This document shows positions 47,910-60,265 of a stretch of DNA of 64,000 nt, piece by piece. The notes beneath the pieces are model-generated. The model was not told the DNA's origin. It saw nothing but the letters and a program-made list of their open reading frames with translations, and made no database searches. The stretch is from Phallusia mammillata. Its lineage: Eukaryota. Location of the stretch: assembly GCA_965637545.1 (NCBI GenBank), contig OZ281496.1:11904001-11968000 (forward strand), in the 5' to 3' direction. The number at the start of each line of letters is the position of its first letter. The stretch's first letter is position 1. The translations under genes and the position numbers were made by a program.

Positions 47910-48794
47910 ATGAATGTGATGATCCAAATGCAGGGAAATGAAGATCACTTAAATCATTAAACACTGAAAGATCACATCATGGAGCATGTGTGATTGATAT
48001 ATGGAAAAATTTATGTTCTTGGTGGGTTTGGTCCTCGGTAAGTGTTATTGTAGTATGAGATTTGGAGTTGTATATCTTGCGTCACAAACTCCTTTAACAA
48101 ATCAGTGTTTAGTCCTGTAGCTCAAGCAGTAGTTTCCCCAGTCGATCAACACAGTGTCTAAGTTGGTTTGAATTTACACTATTTATGAAACACGCCATTG
48201 TGGTGTTCTTCTGTGTTTGGTCATGGAGTACAAGCAGCTGTTATAAACTGCCAGATTGGGTGGGTGGTGTAGTTTGATAGGTGCAATCTACATTAAAAGC
48301 AAAAAAAATCTAGCTTGGTAGTATTTATATGGTAACACTAACACAGCAAGGGTCCAAATCACTGTTTTGACGAGTACCCAAACAAGGGGGTTGCTGCTCT
48401 AATGGTTCGCGATGTATTTTTAAGTAGGTCTGTTTTTAATACCTGGCACGCCAACACTTGTGATACTATCCCAGTACCACGATTTGCACACGGATTGTGC
48501 AAAGTACCAACACACATCTTCTTTCGTATTTCTTGGCTGTTTGCTCTGCACATGGGTATTTTTTGTATGCTACTCGCAACACACTTGTTTGTTTACAAAA
48601 ACAAATTTATGTTTGCGACCAGTTTCGTCAACAATAAAAACTTTTTAGTAGCAGCTCTCAAAAAAAAGATTCTACCCGCATGTTTTGTTACACAGGGTCT
48701 AAGTTCAGTTGAAGTTTACGACCCTTTTCAGGATTCTTGGACACATTTGTTTGACTTGGAAAAACCTGTTGGTGGTGATGCAGTCGTAGCTTAA
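47910..48794 (+). pseudogene. Kelch-repeat gene 3' exons (~47910-48037 and ~48693-48794), disrupted
   Basis: ECDDPNAGK*RSLKSLNTERSHHGACVID[+4 nt]GKIYVLGGFGP|GTAAGT; last exon GLSSVEVYDPFQDSWTHL..*. Confidence 0.7.
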
Positions 48795-51249
48795 AAGTAA
48801 ACCAAAGTAGATAACACTGGAAATGAACCACAACAATCACCAATACTGAAATGTTGACAAAAGAAATGAAGCAGAATCGGCAAAATAAACTGAAATGTCC
48901 TGTTTCTTTTTAAGTGAGAAATTCATCTATTAAAATGTTTCTTGGTTATATTTTATCCTGTTTGTTGTGTTTAAAAATTAAATCCCTCTGGGTTAACGCA
49001 ATGTTTTGTGTGTCCTTTCTTCCGGCGCTTGAACTATCCGTCTGTCGAACCCCACCCTCTTTCGTAGGGCCACCTCGACTGGTCCCGCCAACGTTTTCAT
49101 AATAAATTAAAATTGGAAAAATAAAATTTAATTTTCGTTGCCTCATAATAAATTAAAATTGGAAAAATAAAATTTAATTTTCGTTGCTTAAAATAAAATT
49201 GGCGATGAAAGTCAAGTTTAACTTTCAGATGTAGTAAATGTTGATTTACTGACATAAATGTTTTATTGGTTTAGTTGCCGTAAACCAAGGAAGGGCTTTA
49301 GGGATTAGAAAAATGCAAATTGTGTAATCTTTACTGCAAAGGAGGTATGACCAAAAAGAGACAGTTTCACTGCCCAAAGTGTAAAATATGTTATTCTCGG
49401 GGCTTTCCTTTGAGAATACATTGACGTGCTAAAATTGTTCAATGTATGTCGTGTATCATTCCCACTGCATATTTATACTCCTGTTTTATAGAACCTAAAA
49501 CCTGCAGTTTGGTACAAGTGTATCTGCAGCGCGTCTTCGTCGTGCTGTTTAACGTCTGAACGTTGCGCAGCTATTTCCGGCCTGGTGAATGTATTTTGTG
49601 CTTTAGGATTTTGTCCGACAAAATATACTCAACTCAAGTGCTTGAAATCAGTATTTTTCTGAATGAAATAATATTGCTCACCATTTGAAATAGCTAACTT
49701 TAACTTTTGAAACAGAATAGTGTTATAAAAATGGTATTGCTTCCAAACAAATAAAACCATACTAACCACGTGTTTTATCGGTAACCTTTTCCTGTGCCTG
49801 TAATTGAGAACACAAAATCACATTGACAGGCACACGGTTGGAAACACAAGTTTCCTAGAACTAACTAAGCATTAGGCAATATCAGAACTATATGATGCTA
49901 AACTTAATACTTTCGCTTGTGAAACAACAGCGGTTTAACTTGAAGTTTAATGTTATCGTTGCATTTTTCCCAGTCATCCTACCCGACAAAACTTAAATAT
50001 TAAACCAAGGTAGAACAGCGCCCGAAGCAACGAATTATTTGAATCGTGAGCACATTCTGACCTCTATACATTGTTGATGACTGTACACACTTATACTTGT
50101 ATATTTTCATGCATTTTGTGCTGGCAGATAATTTTTAGAGATTTGAGAGTTTATGTTAGATTTTGCTTTGCAACGTGTTTACAGTTGTTGTACAGAGAAT
50201 GTTGGAGATATGAAGATGTAGATTGCTCTAAATTTAACGGAACGGTACATCATTTTTATCTAAGTCGAAAAATTTGGAAAAGGGGAGTATCCAGAAATTG
50301 TAAAAGGGGTCAGGTCCACAACACTTTGACGCAGGGATTTCCCAACCCAGTGTTTCATTTATTGATTTCGGCAATCAACCTGTGATCTAACACATTAGGC
50401 TCCGTGCATTGCTCGGTATCTATTTAGTAGCTACATGTAAAACACTATCAGTAGTTGTATGCCAATAATGACGTTTACAACGGCATATTGAAGTGTTGTC
50501 CTTTTTTGTCCATATAGCTGTCGAACTCCGCAAATTTTTTAAAGGTTTTTATACTGCAACAAAAGTTCCAATAGTAAAATTCTTGGTGTAGGCTAAGAAC
50601 GGACTGTGTCCCATGTCATGTAAAACCGTAGCAAATGTTCCGATAGTAAATTTCTAGGTGTGGACTAAGGAGAAACTGCGAAAAGGTACTGTATTTATAT
50701 TGTGGGGATTGTCTCAACGAACTGAAAGTTGGTGTATTTATGAAACCAACAACGAATATTATACGTATTTTAAATTTGTGTTGTGTGAAAAAATGACATG
50801 TGGAGTGGATACAACTAGGAGGCAAAACACGCATGGCCTGAACACAATTTATTGCAATTGTCATCTTACAAGAAGTCACTAAAAATACTAAATTAAGATA
50901 AAACAGCATATATCATATTTACATAACAGAGAAACTTGGGTGGTATTTTATAATTACGGCTTATTTGCGCTCCACAATCAAAAGCACAGATAACGTTAGT
51001 TGCTGGGTTCTCTAGTGTGAGTCAAAATGGGACAATCCAAATGACTCTTTCGTCCATATCTTTTTTCGCAAGCAGGGCATCCAAACGGTTTCTCGTTGGT
51101 GTGAGTTGACATGTGTGTTTTAAAATGGCTATGCTGTGCAAATTGTATCTCAAAAACATGACATCGATGTAGTTTTTTTTTAGTTTGGGTGAATATGTGT
51201 ATTTTTAAGTTCCCCCTACGTCTAAATCGTTTCTCACAAACGATGATCT

Positions 51250-51560
51250 ACAAACAAGTTATACCTAAGAATAAATAGTTTAAAAATACGAGATATGCAT
51301 GACATGGAACTAGCCAAACTTGTGTTCTACCTTAAACACAATAAGTTACCTCCACTATTTGATAACCTTTTCATTTCCACATCCACTATACATAGCCATG
51401 CAACAAGAGGTGCTGTCAAACAAACATTTTTCATTCCAAGAGTTATTACTAGACGCGGCCAGCATACTCTTCGGTACAAATGCACAAGAGTATGGAACGA
51501 TTTACCTAGCAAATTAACCAGTGCAAAAACTGGATTGGCCCAATGACTTTTTTTTCTATT
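51250..51560 (+). mobile_element. LINE (CR1/L2/Crack clade) ORF2 3' remnant
   Basis: LPPLFDNLF..IHSHATR..FFIPRVITRRGQHTLRYKCTRVWNDLP. Confidence 0.75.
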
Positions 51561-51872
51561 TCCCTGCAGCGCGCAATAATTGCTTGAAGCTTTCCTCGTT
51601 GATTGCAATATTTCACTGTTATGCATGGTTCTCTTTTCATCATGTGCTTGGTTTATATTCACAGTGCTTCATGATTAGTTATTTTATTTGCTGATGCGAC
51701 AGTTACAATACCACTTCTGGACTTACTTATACACACTACTCTTCTGCTACCGACAAATGCAGATATTATTTCAAAAAGTTGGGGTCAGCTACAAGTTATA
51801 ACCACGCGTGGTTCAAGCTGATTCTTTTTTGTTTGCAACGCTTTGACTTATTCCGTTTATTGTGAATTATTA

Positions 51873-52810
51873 CAGCGGTTCCCAACCGGGGCCCATGGCC
51901 CCCTACCGTTGTATATGCTGGATCATACTTACACGATTCGGGAACTAAGATCGACTTGCAGTTTATTAAATTTAATCCAAGTCGTTTGAAGTTGGTGGTG
52001 TCCGTGTTCGAATTGACTATTCAGCAACTTTGCTCACACAGGGATCGCCAGACGCGGTGGCTCTTTGATCCTTCTGATGCGTGTTACTCAAAAATTACCA
52101 AATGTTTTCATTACATTTTTGTGTGACGATTATGTCGAACACAAAGTCGAAATGATATTAATCATTTCAATTTGTGCCTTTATTCTGTTTGAGAAATCAA
52201 TACTTAACCTGATAGATATTTTTAATCTAAATTTTAAAATGTCAAAAATTCGACAATGGAATGACGACTACGTTTCATTGGGCTTTACAAAAGTCAAACG
52301 GAATGGTTTTGATTGCGCGCAATGTCTGCACTGCTCGATCGTGATTCGTGATGTCAAATGCGTCACTACGTCCCTCCAAGCTTAAAATCCACCGCGACAA
52401 GAAACATGAGGGAAAGTCGACTGACGACATTGGAGCACTGTCTGTGAAAAGAGCGCGGTACGACCGGGAAGCGTCGATATACTTTGGATTCGTTCCAGAA
52501 GACAATCCTGCTCTTCTATGCAGTTATGAAGTGGCATATAGAATCGCCAAGTGCAAGAAGCCACACACTATTGCTGAGGATCTTTTCAAGCCCTGCGCGG
52601 TAAAGAGGTTGATATCTTGATCGGACTAGGAGCGAAAAAAAAATCCAACAAGTATCGCTATAAAATAATACAATTAGACGACGAATTGACTGCATGGCTG
52701 TTGATGTCGGCCACCAGGTTTGTTCCGAAATCAAACAGAGTGTGGTCCAGGCACCGACCCCTTGGATCAATTTAAGGGGGCCACGGGCAACTAAAGGTTC
52801 GGAACCACTG
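51873..52810 (+). mobile_element. Internally deleted hAT Buster-type element
   Basis: TIR-like CAGCGGTTCCCAACC / GGTTCGGAACCACTG; N-terminal transposase MSKIRQWNDDYVSLGF..CLHC..SLRPSKLKIH, YEVAYRIAKCKKPHTIAEDL. Confidence 0.8.
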
Positions 52811-52849
52811 GTTTAGACAAACAGTACATGTCCATTAAATCAAAACACA

Positions 52850-53722
52850 TTCTTGCACTTGGTTGCAAATACTGTCCACATGGTGTGTTCAAATCCACAC
52901 TTTAAATTGTCTTCACTCAGGTATTTTAAAATTCCTTTTGCTTCTGCAGTTGTTTGTTCTGCATTTGATATTGCCTGAATTTCAGTGACGCATTTAACTT
53001 CACAGTCACAAATTTATTTTTTCTTGGGCAGCATTAAGAACTAAAACTGAGTATTTCTTGCTGTTGCTGATTCCTGCGTGACATTGGAGCAGCAGATGTT
53101 TTGTCCCATACTTTCATACAACTTTTTAATTCAGTTATATATTATAAAGGTTAATTGTGACTTTTCAAGGTGTTAGATGACTTTTTTTCTTTTTCAAGGT
53201 GTAAGATACACTTATTTAATTCAATGATAACTGTAAAAACTGAAACCCCAGTCATCTTAAAAAGTCAAGACTAACAGTCAAACAATAAATTTTATAATAG
53301 CAAAAGAATTATTTAACTGCACTCACTGTCGAACTTAAATATACAGTACACGGGTTTGGCTTTGGAGCGCACTGACGCGAAGTATTCACAACACAACTAT
53401 AGCGATACGTCACGGGAGGGGCTGCGCGAGCCACTGCCCCCTGTCGCCTATTTCGCCCGGTATGCAGCTTTTCCAAGTGCGCATGCGCACAGCTCAAAAC
53501 GTCACGAAACTGCAGCTGCAGCTCCACCATAGATAACATAATAGTGGCATATTTTTTTTAAAAAGGAAAAAAATGCCGATCAAGGTTGAAGTTATATTTA
53601 TTAACTTATATATTGCTAAAGAATAAAAAAGTATAATGAAAGTTATCCGTCATATTGGAATATTAGGTAAAAATATCTAGGGGGTGCTGCAGCTCCGCAG
53701 CCCCCTCGCACGAGCCGCCCCT
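52850..53722 (-). mobile_element. Inverse copy of the 12519-13490 hAT-derived repeat
   Basis: Colinear reverse-complement similarity; terminal GAGCCGCCCCTG. Confidence 0.75.
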
Positions 53723-56700
53723 GATGCAACATCTCATAGATTAATTTTAGTTTTACCACCTTGATTTACTAGTCTGAAAATCATTCCATAAAACACGTAT
53801 AGTTTAAAGTTACCACTAGCCTGCACCAACCATTTTTAGACAGAGCATAAGCACAGAACACATATTCATGCTATAAATCTGACTACACTATAGGATATTG
53901 ATGTGTAATGCAGTGGTTTCTAACCGGGGTTCGACAAAGGTATTTTTCCAAAATACAACGAAATTTTGTTGGCAGCAAAACTTATTACTTCATCTGCATC
54001 AGAGGCTAAAAATACAATGCTTCATTTTAGTAAAAACTAAAAAATGCCGAAAGCAACCGTGAAACGAGTTGCTTGTACTATTACGTCAAAATTAAACAAA
54101 ATGACAAACAGTAACTGTTGCCACTACCTTTCAACAAAAACTAATTATGCCCCACCAAACAAAATGGGTTAAAAACCTTCTTCTCGGTGAAAATGTAAAT
54201 GTCATTTGGCTTAGCAACGCTTTGTCGTCCTGTTTTGATGCTCGCATCTGCAAAAAAATCTTTGTTAAAAGGATATATTCCAGTAGTTTCCCGCCTGTGT
54301 GTTTTTTGACAAACTACTCCTGGAATGTCATAATTCAACATGCTTTTTAAATTGGCCCAAAACTGTCCAATCATGGGGCTGCAACTTGTGCGAACAATGG
54401 GTTGAAAGGGTTAGCAGAACGACCCCGTTGGAGCGACATTAATCAATTAAAGTTTTAAACACATGTGCTTCATGATTGTCTAGAATAAAGAGCGCTGGAT
54501 GTTTTTTGCTGCACTTTGTAACAGAAACAGGATAAAAGCTAAAAAGTCTTCAGATTTCGTCCCAACCCAGTAAGCCCAACATCCGTAGACCCTTGGAAAA
54601 TCGAATTGCCACTGGCATTTACTGCAAGTGCCGTGGTAACGGATCCTCTCTCGCCAAATGTAGCAGCGCAGTATGTTTCAAAACTTTTGTGCCAAAAACT
54701 GCATTTGTTTTTTGGACAGTCGTCATTCCAGTTTCATCACAGTTATAAATTTCGTGACTTTTAAAATTGAATTTAGTAAAAACTTCAAATAAATTATTGT
54801 TCGTGTGTATTTAAAGCCCTAAAACCAATCTTTTCCTGCGACAGAAAGTATATGCCAGCTCCAGCTTGATGGGCGTGTTTTATATTATTTCTTTGGCAGA
54901 TTGTCGGGCCAACATACTTAAATGAACTTCATGCTGACAGACCATGAAACTGCCTGGCTCCATCTTGTATACACTCCGCGAGCAATTCTTCCTGGGTGGC
55001 ACCGAAAACTAGTCCTGTCTGTCTGTATCCGACTGATTAAAGCTGTCAGGCCATTATGTCTAGCAATTGACGTATAAATAATTTTTAAAGTACACTTACC
55101 TACCTCAAAAGCGTTGGTTTCTAAAATATCGCCGAATTTCCTCAAAATTTTAATGAGAGTTTCCCAAAATGTGTAACCCGAATGTAACAACCGCTACGTT
55201 TAATTCAACCGGTTTTGCTAAAAATATATTTTTGTTTACTTTTCCCCACTCTATCTTTATGCTTTGTTCGGGGGTCCAACAACCACAGACACCTTACCCT
55301 CTGCTCCACCGTCGGCGAATGTGATCAGTCACACAGGCGTTTATTTTCTTCTTAGTTTCCTTGATCGCGTTGCTTTTGGCAAAATTGGATAACATTTCTA
55401 AAAAAATAAAATGTTTATATTTCGGGATCAACCATTAAACTTTATGCTTGGACAAAAAAGATTAACACGTACTCACTTGGCACGCTGAAAGTGGCAAGAA
55501 GGAAAAAAATATAAGCCTCAAGGCTAGACGTGCCAAAGCTCTCGATCGTGCAGCCCTTTCCCGTGGCGAGGTTGCCCAACCTTGTTGATCTCTGGAACAA
55601 GGTGCCCGTGATCTCCCTCTTTGCTGAAGAATCCCAGCCACAATTATTTACGAAAATATACGTCCATATTGATCATTTAATACTTACTGTTACTTTTATC
55701 CAATATACTACAGCGTATACGTAAACCACTTTGTCTCAATTCTACCTGCGCTGGGGGGACACGCTACAAGACGCCTCAACCAAGCTGTGGTAAGCTGCTT
55801 CGTCGATGTTGCCGAACTTTCGCTCGAACAAAAACTCCAGTTCGATGCATCCATGGTGTCGATATGACCCCTGAAAAAGAAATTGCATTAAAAACGAATG
55901 AATCACTGTTGCATGATACCACCCGTGGGTGAGCAAAGTTTCTCCCGTTGCTGGCGGTCACCAACAACACGGAAGGAAGAGGTGAAATTCACCATGTTTT
56001 TCACAAATTTCTTAGTTGAATATTCAGTGTATGCTGCGATATACGATTACCGCATAACCGACATGTTTTATTTGACTTTTGTCACAAGGCAATAATGTTG
56101 TGCTTTCTAAAATACATAGATCAGAAGAAATTCTCATTTTGCAGAAAAATCTTTAATCGTTTAAAAAATTCATTATTACTACGTTGTTCAGTATGCTCTG
56201 GTGTAAAGTTGCAAACGTCAAACAGGCCTTGTTGTGTCACAAGGCAAGAATGTTGTGCTTGCTACCGAGGAACTTATTTTTCTAAAAAAAATTAATTGCT
56301 CTAAAAATACATTTTAATCGCGTTGCTAAAAAATACCGAAGAAAAAGGTATTTTGCCGAAAACTCTTTTCTCGCTCCAAAAATCATTATTACCATGTTGT
56401 TAAGTATGCTTTGGTGTACTTCTGTGCCAAATTTTATACATTTCTTATTTTCTGGAAGTGTTTATTTAGGCAGCAAGTGCGAATAACGCTAATAAAAGAA
56501 ACTGCCATGTATATGTAATAATTTTCGTGTATACATTTTTTTTCGGTCTTTACATGTGATTTAATTTTATTTATGATAAAAAAAATCTGTTCAGCATTGC
56601 ATTAGGTGCTTGAATTTAGCTATTATCACCAAGTCCGCAACAACTACAATTCGATCATTGTAAAAAGGTTATTATTGACTACGTGAAGCCTTAAAATCTT

Positions 56701-56978
56701 TGTTGGGCACATTTTATTCTGCCGGAATGACAGGTGTTTCAATGCAGCCGAGCCACCTCGTCGCAAAGATACACAGGTTATTGACCAATTGAATCTTGCC
56801 CAGTGTAATGGCTGCGGTATAATTATGCATTCAAGTAAAGCATAAATAGAGACGCTATTAGACACATCAACTTACCGGTAAATATACCGGGTTGCAACAG
56901 TGTAATGCACAACACAACGTATGCAGGTCCAAGTTGGGTTCGCTGCTATATAAGACAACGTGATGTCAACAACTGGTA

Positions 56979-58565
56979 CTGTAGGGGAAAGCGGGGTATA
57001 ATGGGACACTTAAGCGGAAACCGTCGTAGCTACGTTAACACTGGCAATATTGAACCCAAACTTACATGACAGGTAGTTTAATCTATCTCCTACAGAAACC
57101 AACCCAAATAGTCAAGCTTTACTTTACAAACAACAAGTTATTTTAAATTTCCCAAGGGTCCGTTTTTTCCCATTTTGCCCCATGGGCGGGGTAAAATGAG
57201 GTTTTGTCATACTGCACTAACATGAGTAAGAACAAAATACACAAAATAGCAACAAATGTTTTTTTTGCATTTATAAACAAAGTAGTTGCGAAAAACAACA
57301 ACAAATACAACCAATAAACACTTTTTTTAATCACTGGCATAAATCGCAATTATAGCGAATACACCTTCAAACTCTTCAACTCCAGCACACAAGTGATGTG
57401 CCTTCATAGGACAGATACAGCATCAAATCCATCCTTTTGCAGAAATGGAATATAACTCCTCAAAAATAAGCAGGCTGCATCTTTTTCTTGATTAACTTTC
57501 ACATTGTTTGCAGCTTTTTTATACTTTAAAGACTTCTTGCAGCATTTTCCCTTTTTAGGTATTTTTTTTCTTTGTTTTATGTTTGTAACTTCAGCTTTGA
57601 CAGATAAGGGGAACTAGTTAAATTACTTGTTGAACCCCTCTTTCCTTTTTTTCTAAAAGTTATTTGTTTGACTTTTGGAATTGGCATCACATCACAAAAT
57701 CACAAATAGATTTGGCAAATGAAAAATCAGGATTTGATGTAGTATCTGTAATACTGGTAGCATTGTCCATGTTTGGTTCAGCATTCAGCACTATGTTGGA
57801 GTGGTGACAATAGATGGGTCAATATCAGTAGTTGTCAAGAGGGCATAATCTGCCTCATCAAAGACATTTTTATTTCCTGGCCAAATGCCTGTTGTTTTAA
57901 ATCAATTAATAACAGTACCAGTTTTGTCTGATAGTTTTTCTCTTATATATTCTTGCCATGCTGGTTGTCTAATGAAAATACAACCTTCAATAGCTTACAT
58001 TTAAAAAAATATATATATAATTTCCCAATCCTAAACTAATTCTTTGTTTCTTAACTGTTTGACAGTTAGCCAGCTATGCTATAGCTATGCTGATATACCA
58101 ATAAAAATACTAGATAGCTTGCCATTGTGATAGCGAAAACAATAAATATGGGTTCATTGTATTGCAATACCACAGTGGGGTACTTCATTTTGCCCCACAC
58201 CTGTACTGAACAGAAAAAGCTTTCACAAAAAATACTAACAACTTGAAAACTTTTTGATTCATTACCAATTGTTTTGTCTCGGCACTAACCAACCTAAAAT
58301 ACAGACTTTTCATTTTTTAACTTTATATGTCTTGGGGAAAAAAGAATCAAAATTATGTCAATTATTTTAAGAAACAGGCTATTTTTAATTTTTTTGGTCC
58401 AAACTTTTTAAATAACCGCTGAACTCAAAATCGTTCCTTGACAAGATTGATAGTCAAAATGGCCGCCTAAACACCGATTTGGCGCACGGTGGCGTAAGTA
58501 GGTCGCCTAAAAACGGTCAACTTCATTTTACCCCACCACCTCATTTTACCCCGCTCTCCCTACAG
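56979..58565 (-). mobile_element. pogo/Tc1-type element, decayed, with PHD-finger remnant
   Basis: TIRs CTGTAGGGGAAAGCGGGGTA / TACCCCGCTCTCCCTACAG; minus-strand EELYSISAKGWI*CCIC..HHLCAG near 57370-57480. Confidence 0.65.
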
Positions 58566-60265
58566 GCAAATAGTAATAACACATAATGCTCACCATTAAC
58601 ACAGCTGAAATATATCCGCGGACAGTTGGCATATTATCAGTAAAGTTCCTTATTTATACAGAAAGAAACACATATCAGTTAGTTACCTATTACATAATCA
58701 CTTTCACGCGGTCAGCACATAAAGCAGACACTAATAAACGCAAACCATACGGTCTCGCACAAGGTAATTGCACCACAATGGTTTTGACGTCACAACTTCA
58801 TTGTTGCGTCAATAGCAATGACGATATTCCCCGCACCGGTACATAACAGCTTGGCGCCACAAGAGGCAAGAAATCTTACAGCATCCATTGCTCTATAAGT
58901 AAGTGGGATGTCAAAACAGACTACAAGTCTCTGTAACAGGGTGGTGACCGACAGATCTGTCTTTACTTGTCAAATACACAAAAAGAGTGGCAGACGATCA
59001 GCGTCAGTGTAAAGTTTCATTTTCAACAGAAATATTAATTTTGCCTATGGCATCGTCAGTTTCTGTCTAAAAAAAGAAACAGCTGCGAATAACCGGACAA
59101 TGGCGAAAAAACTATGGAGACCGGCTGTGATAAAAGCCAAAACTGACGGACTGCAAATAAGGTGGCAACGGCGGTAGCGAACAAAAAACTAGCAGGTGTA
59201 AAAATGGCGTGCGTGTTGATAAGGCGTGGCGCTTACAGGGAGAAAAGCATTTCATTTCGTTCGCGGAAAAATCGTGGGTTAATAGACGCCCTTAGATCGT
59301 TTAACCATTTGTCCTCACAAATGTCCAAACGGCTCGTGGGCGGTTCTTCGACGAACGTTACCTTGAAGCAACTTGAAATGTCCGGCTTGTTTCGAGATAG
59401 GGATGGTTGGTTATGTAATGTTTTGCAGCGCCATCTTGTCGCCCTTAGCGTCGGTCAAATCCTGTTCGCCACGTTGATCGGCGTGAATTCCATCTAGTAC
59501 CGAAACGGTTTAAACTGTGGTTGCTTTTCCTTGCAAACTTTTGTTTAAAAAATTGACATGCGTTAAAAAATCAACTAAAAACGCAAGAGAAATAAGAAAC
59601 TTAGCATCAAGCAAAGGACAGTGCTTCTTTTTTAAGTAATAAAATTCTATTATTTCCTTGCGCAAAAGCAAATCGCGGCGAGATGTTTCTCCCTGGGACA
59701 ACCAACGAACAGACGAGTGATAGAGAATATCCTCTACAGACGTTTCGCTTTAGGTTAATAGTTCGCGAAATTGACATCCTTAAGAATGGTGTTTAATGTG
59801 ACAGATTTGACACATAATGCTTCCTGGTGAATTATACAGTGAAGATTAATAAGATCACTATTTCCATGCTCCTTACATCCATATTCTGCAAATCTTGTCA
59901 CAAAGCCTTGCTGATTACCCGTCATGGCAGGTGGCACCATCTGTGCAAATAAAACGAAGATTTCGTAAATCCAACTCAGAACGAAAGCAAGCATGTTTCA
60001 CTGCATTAAATATGTCTTCACCATGAGTGCGAGTAGCAACCGTTTCCATGGAGAGAAGATCCTCACATTTGCAAATAAACTTTTTTGGCTGTTACCTTTT
60101 GTCTGTAGTGTGTGTTTTAACTGCTGGGAGATATCATGTTGTCGGCGTTGTATGGTAACACGCGAAAGAGGAATGAATCGACGAATAGTCAGTTTCCTTG
60201 CCAGGATGAATGCATTTAACGACATCGAGTAGGCATATCTTGAAGAGTTCTCCATGGGTGTAAGG

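Noticed and set aside
54918-55970. Exon-like minus-strand segments
   Set aside because: Could not assign a frame or family with confidence
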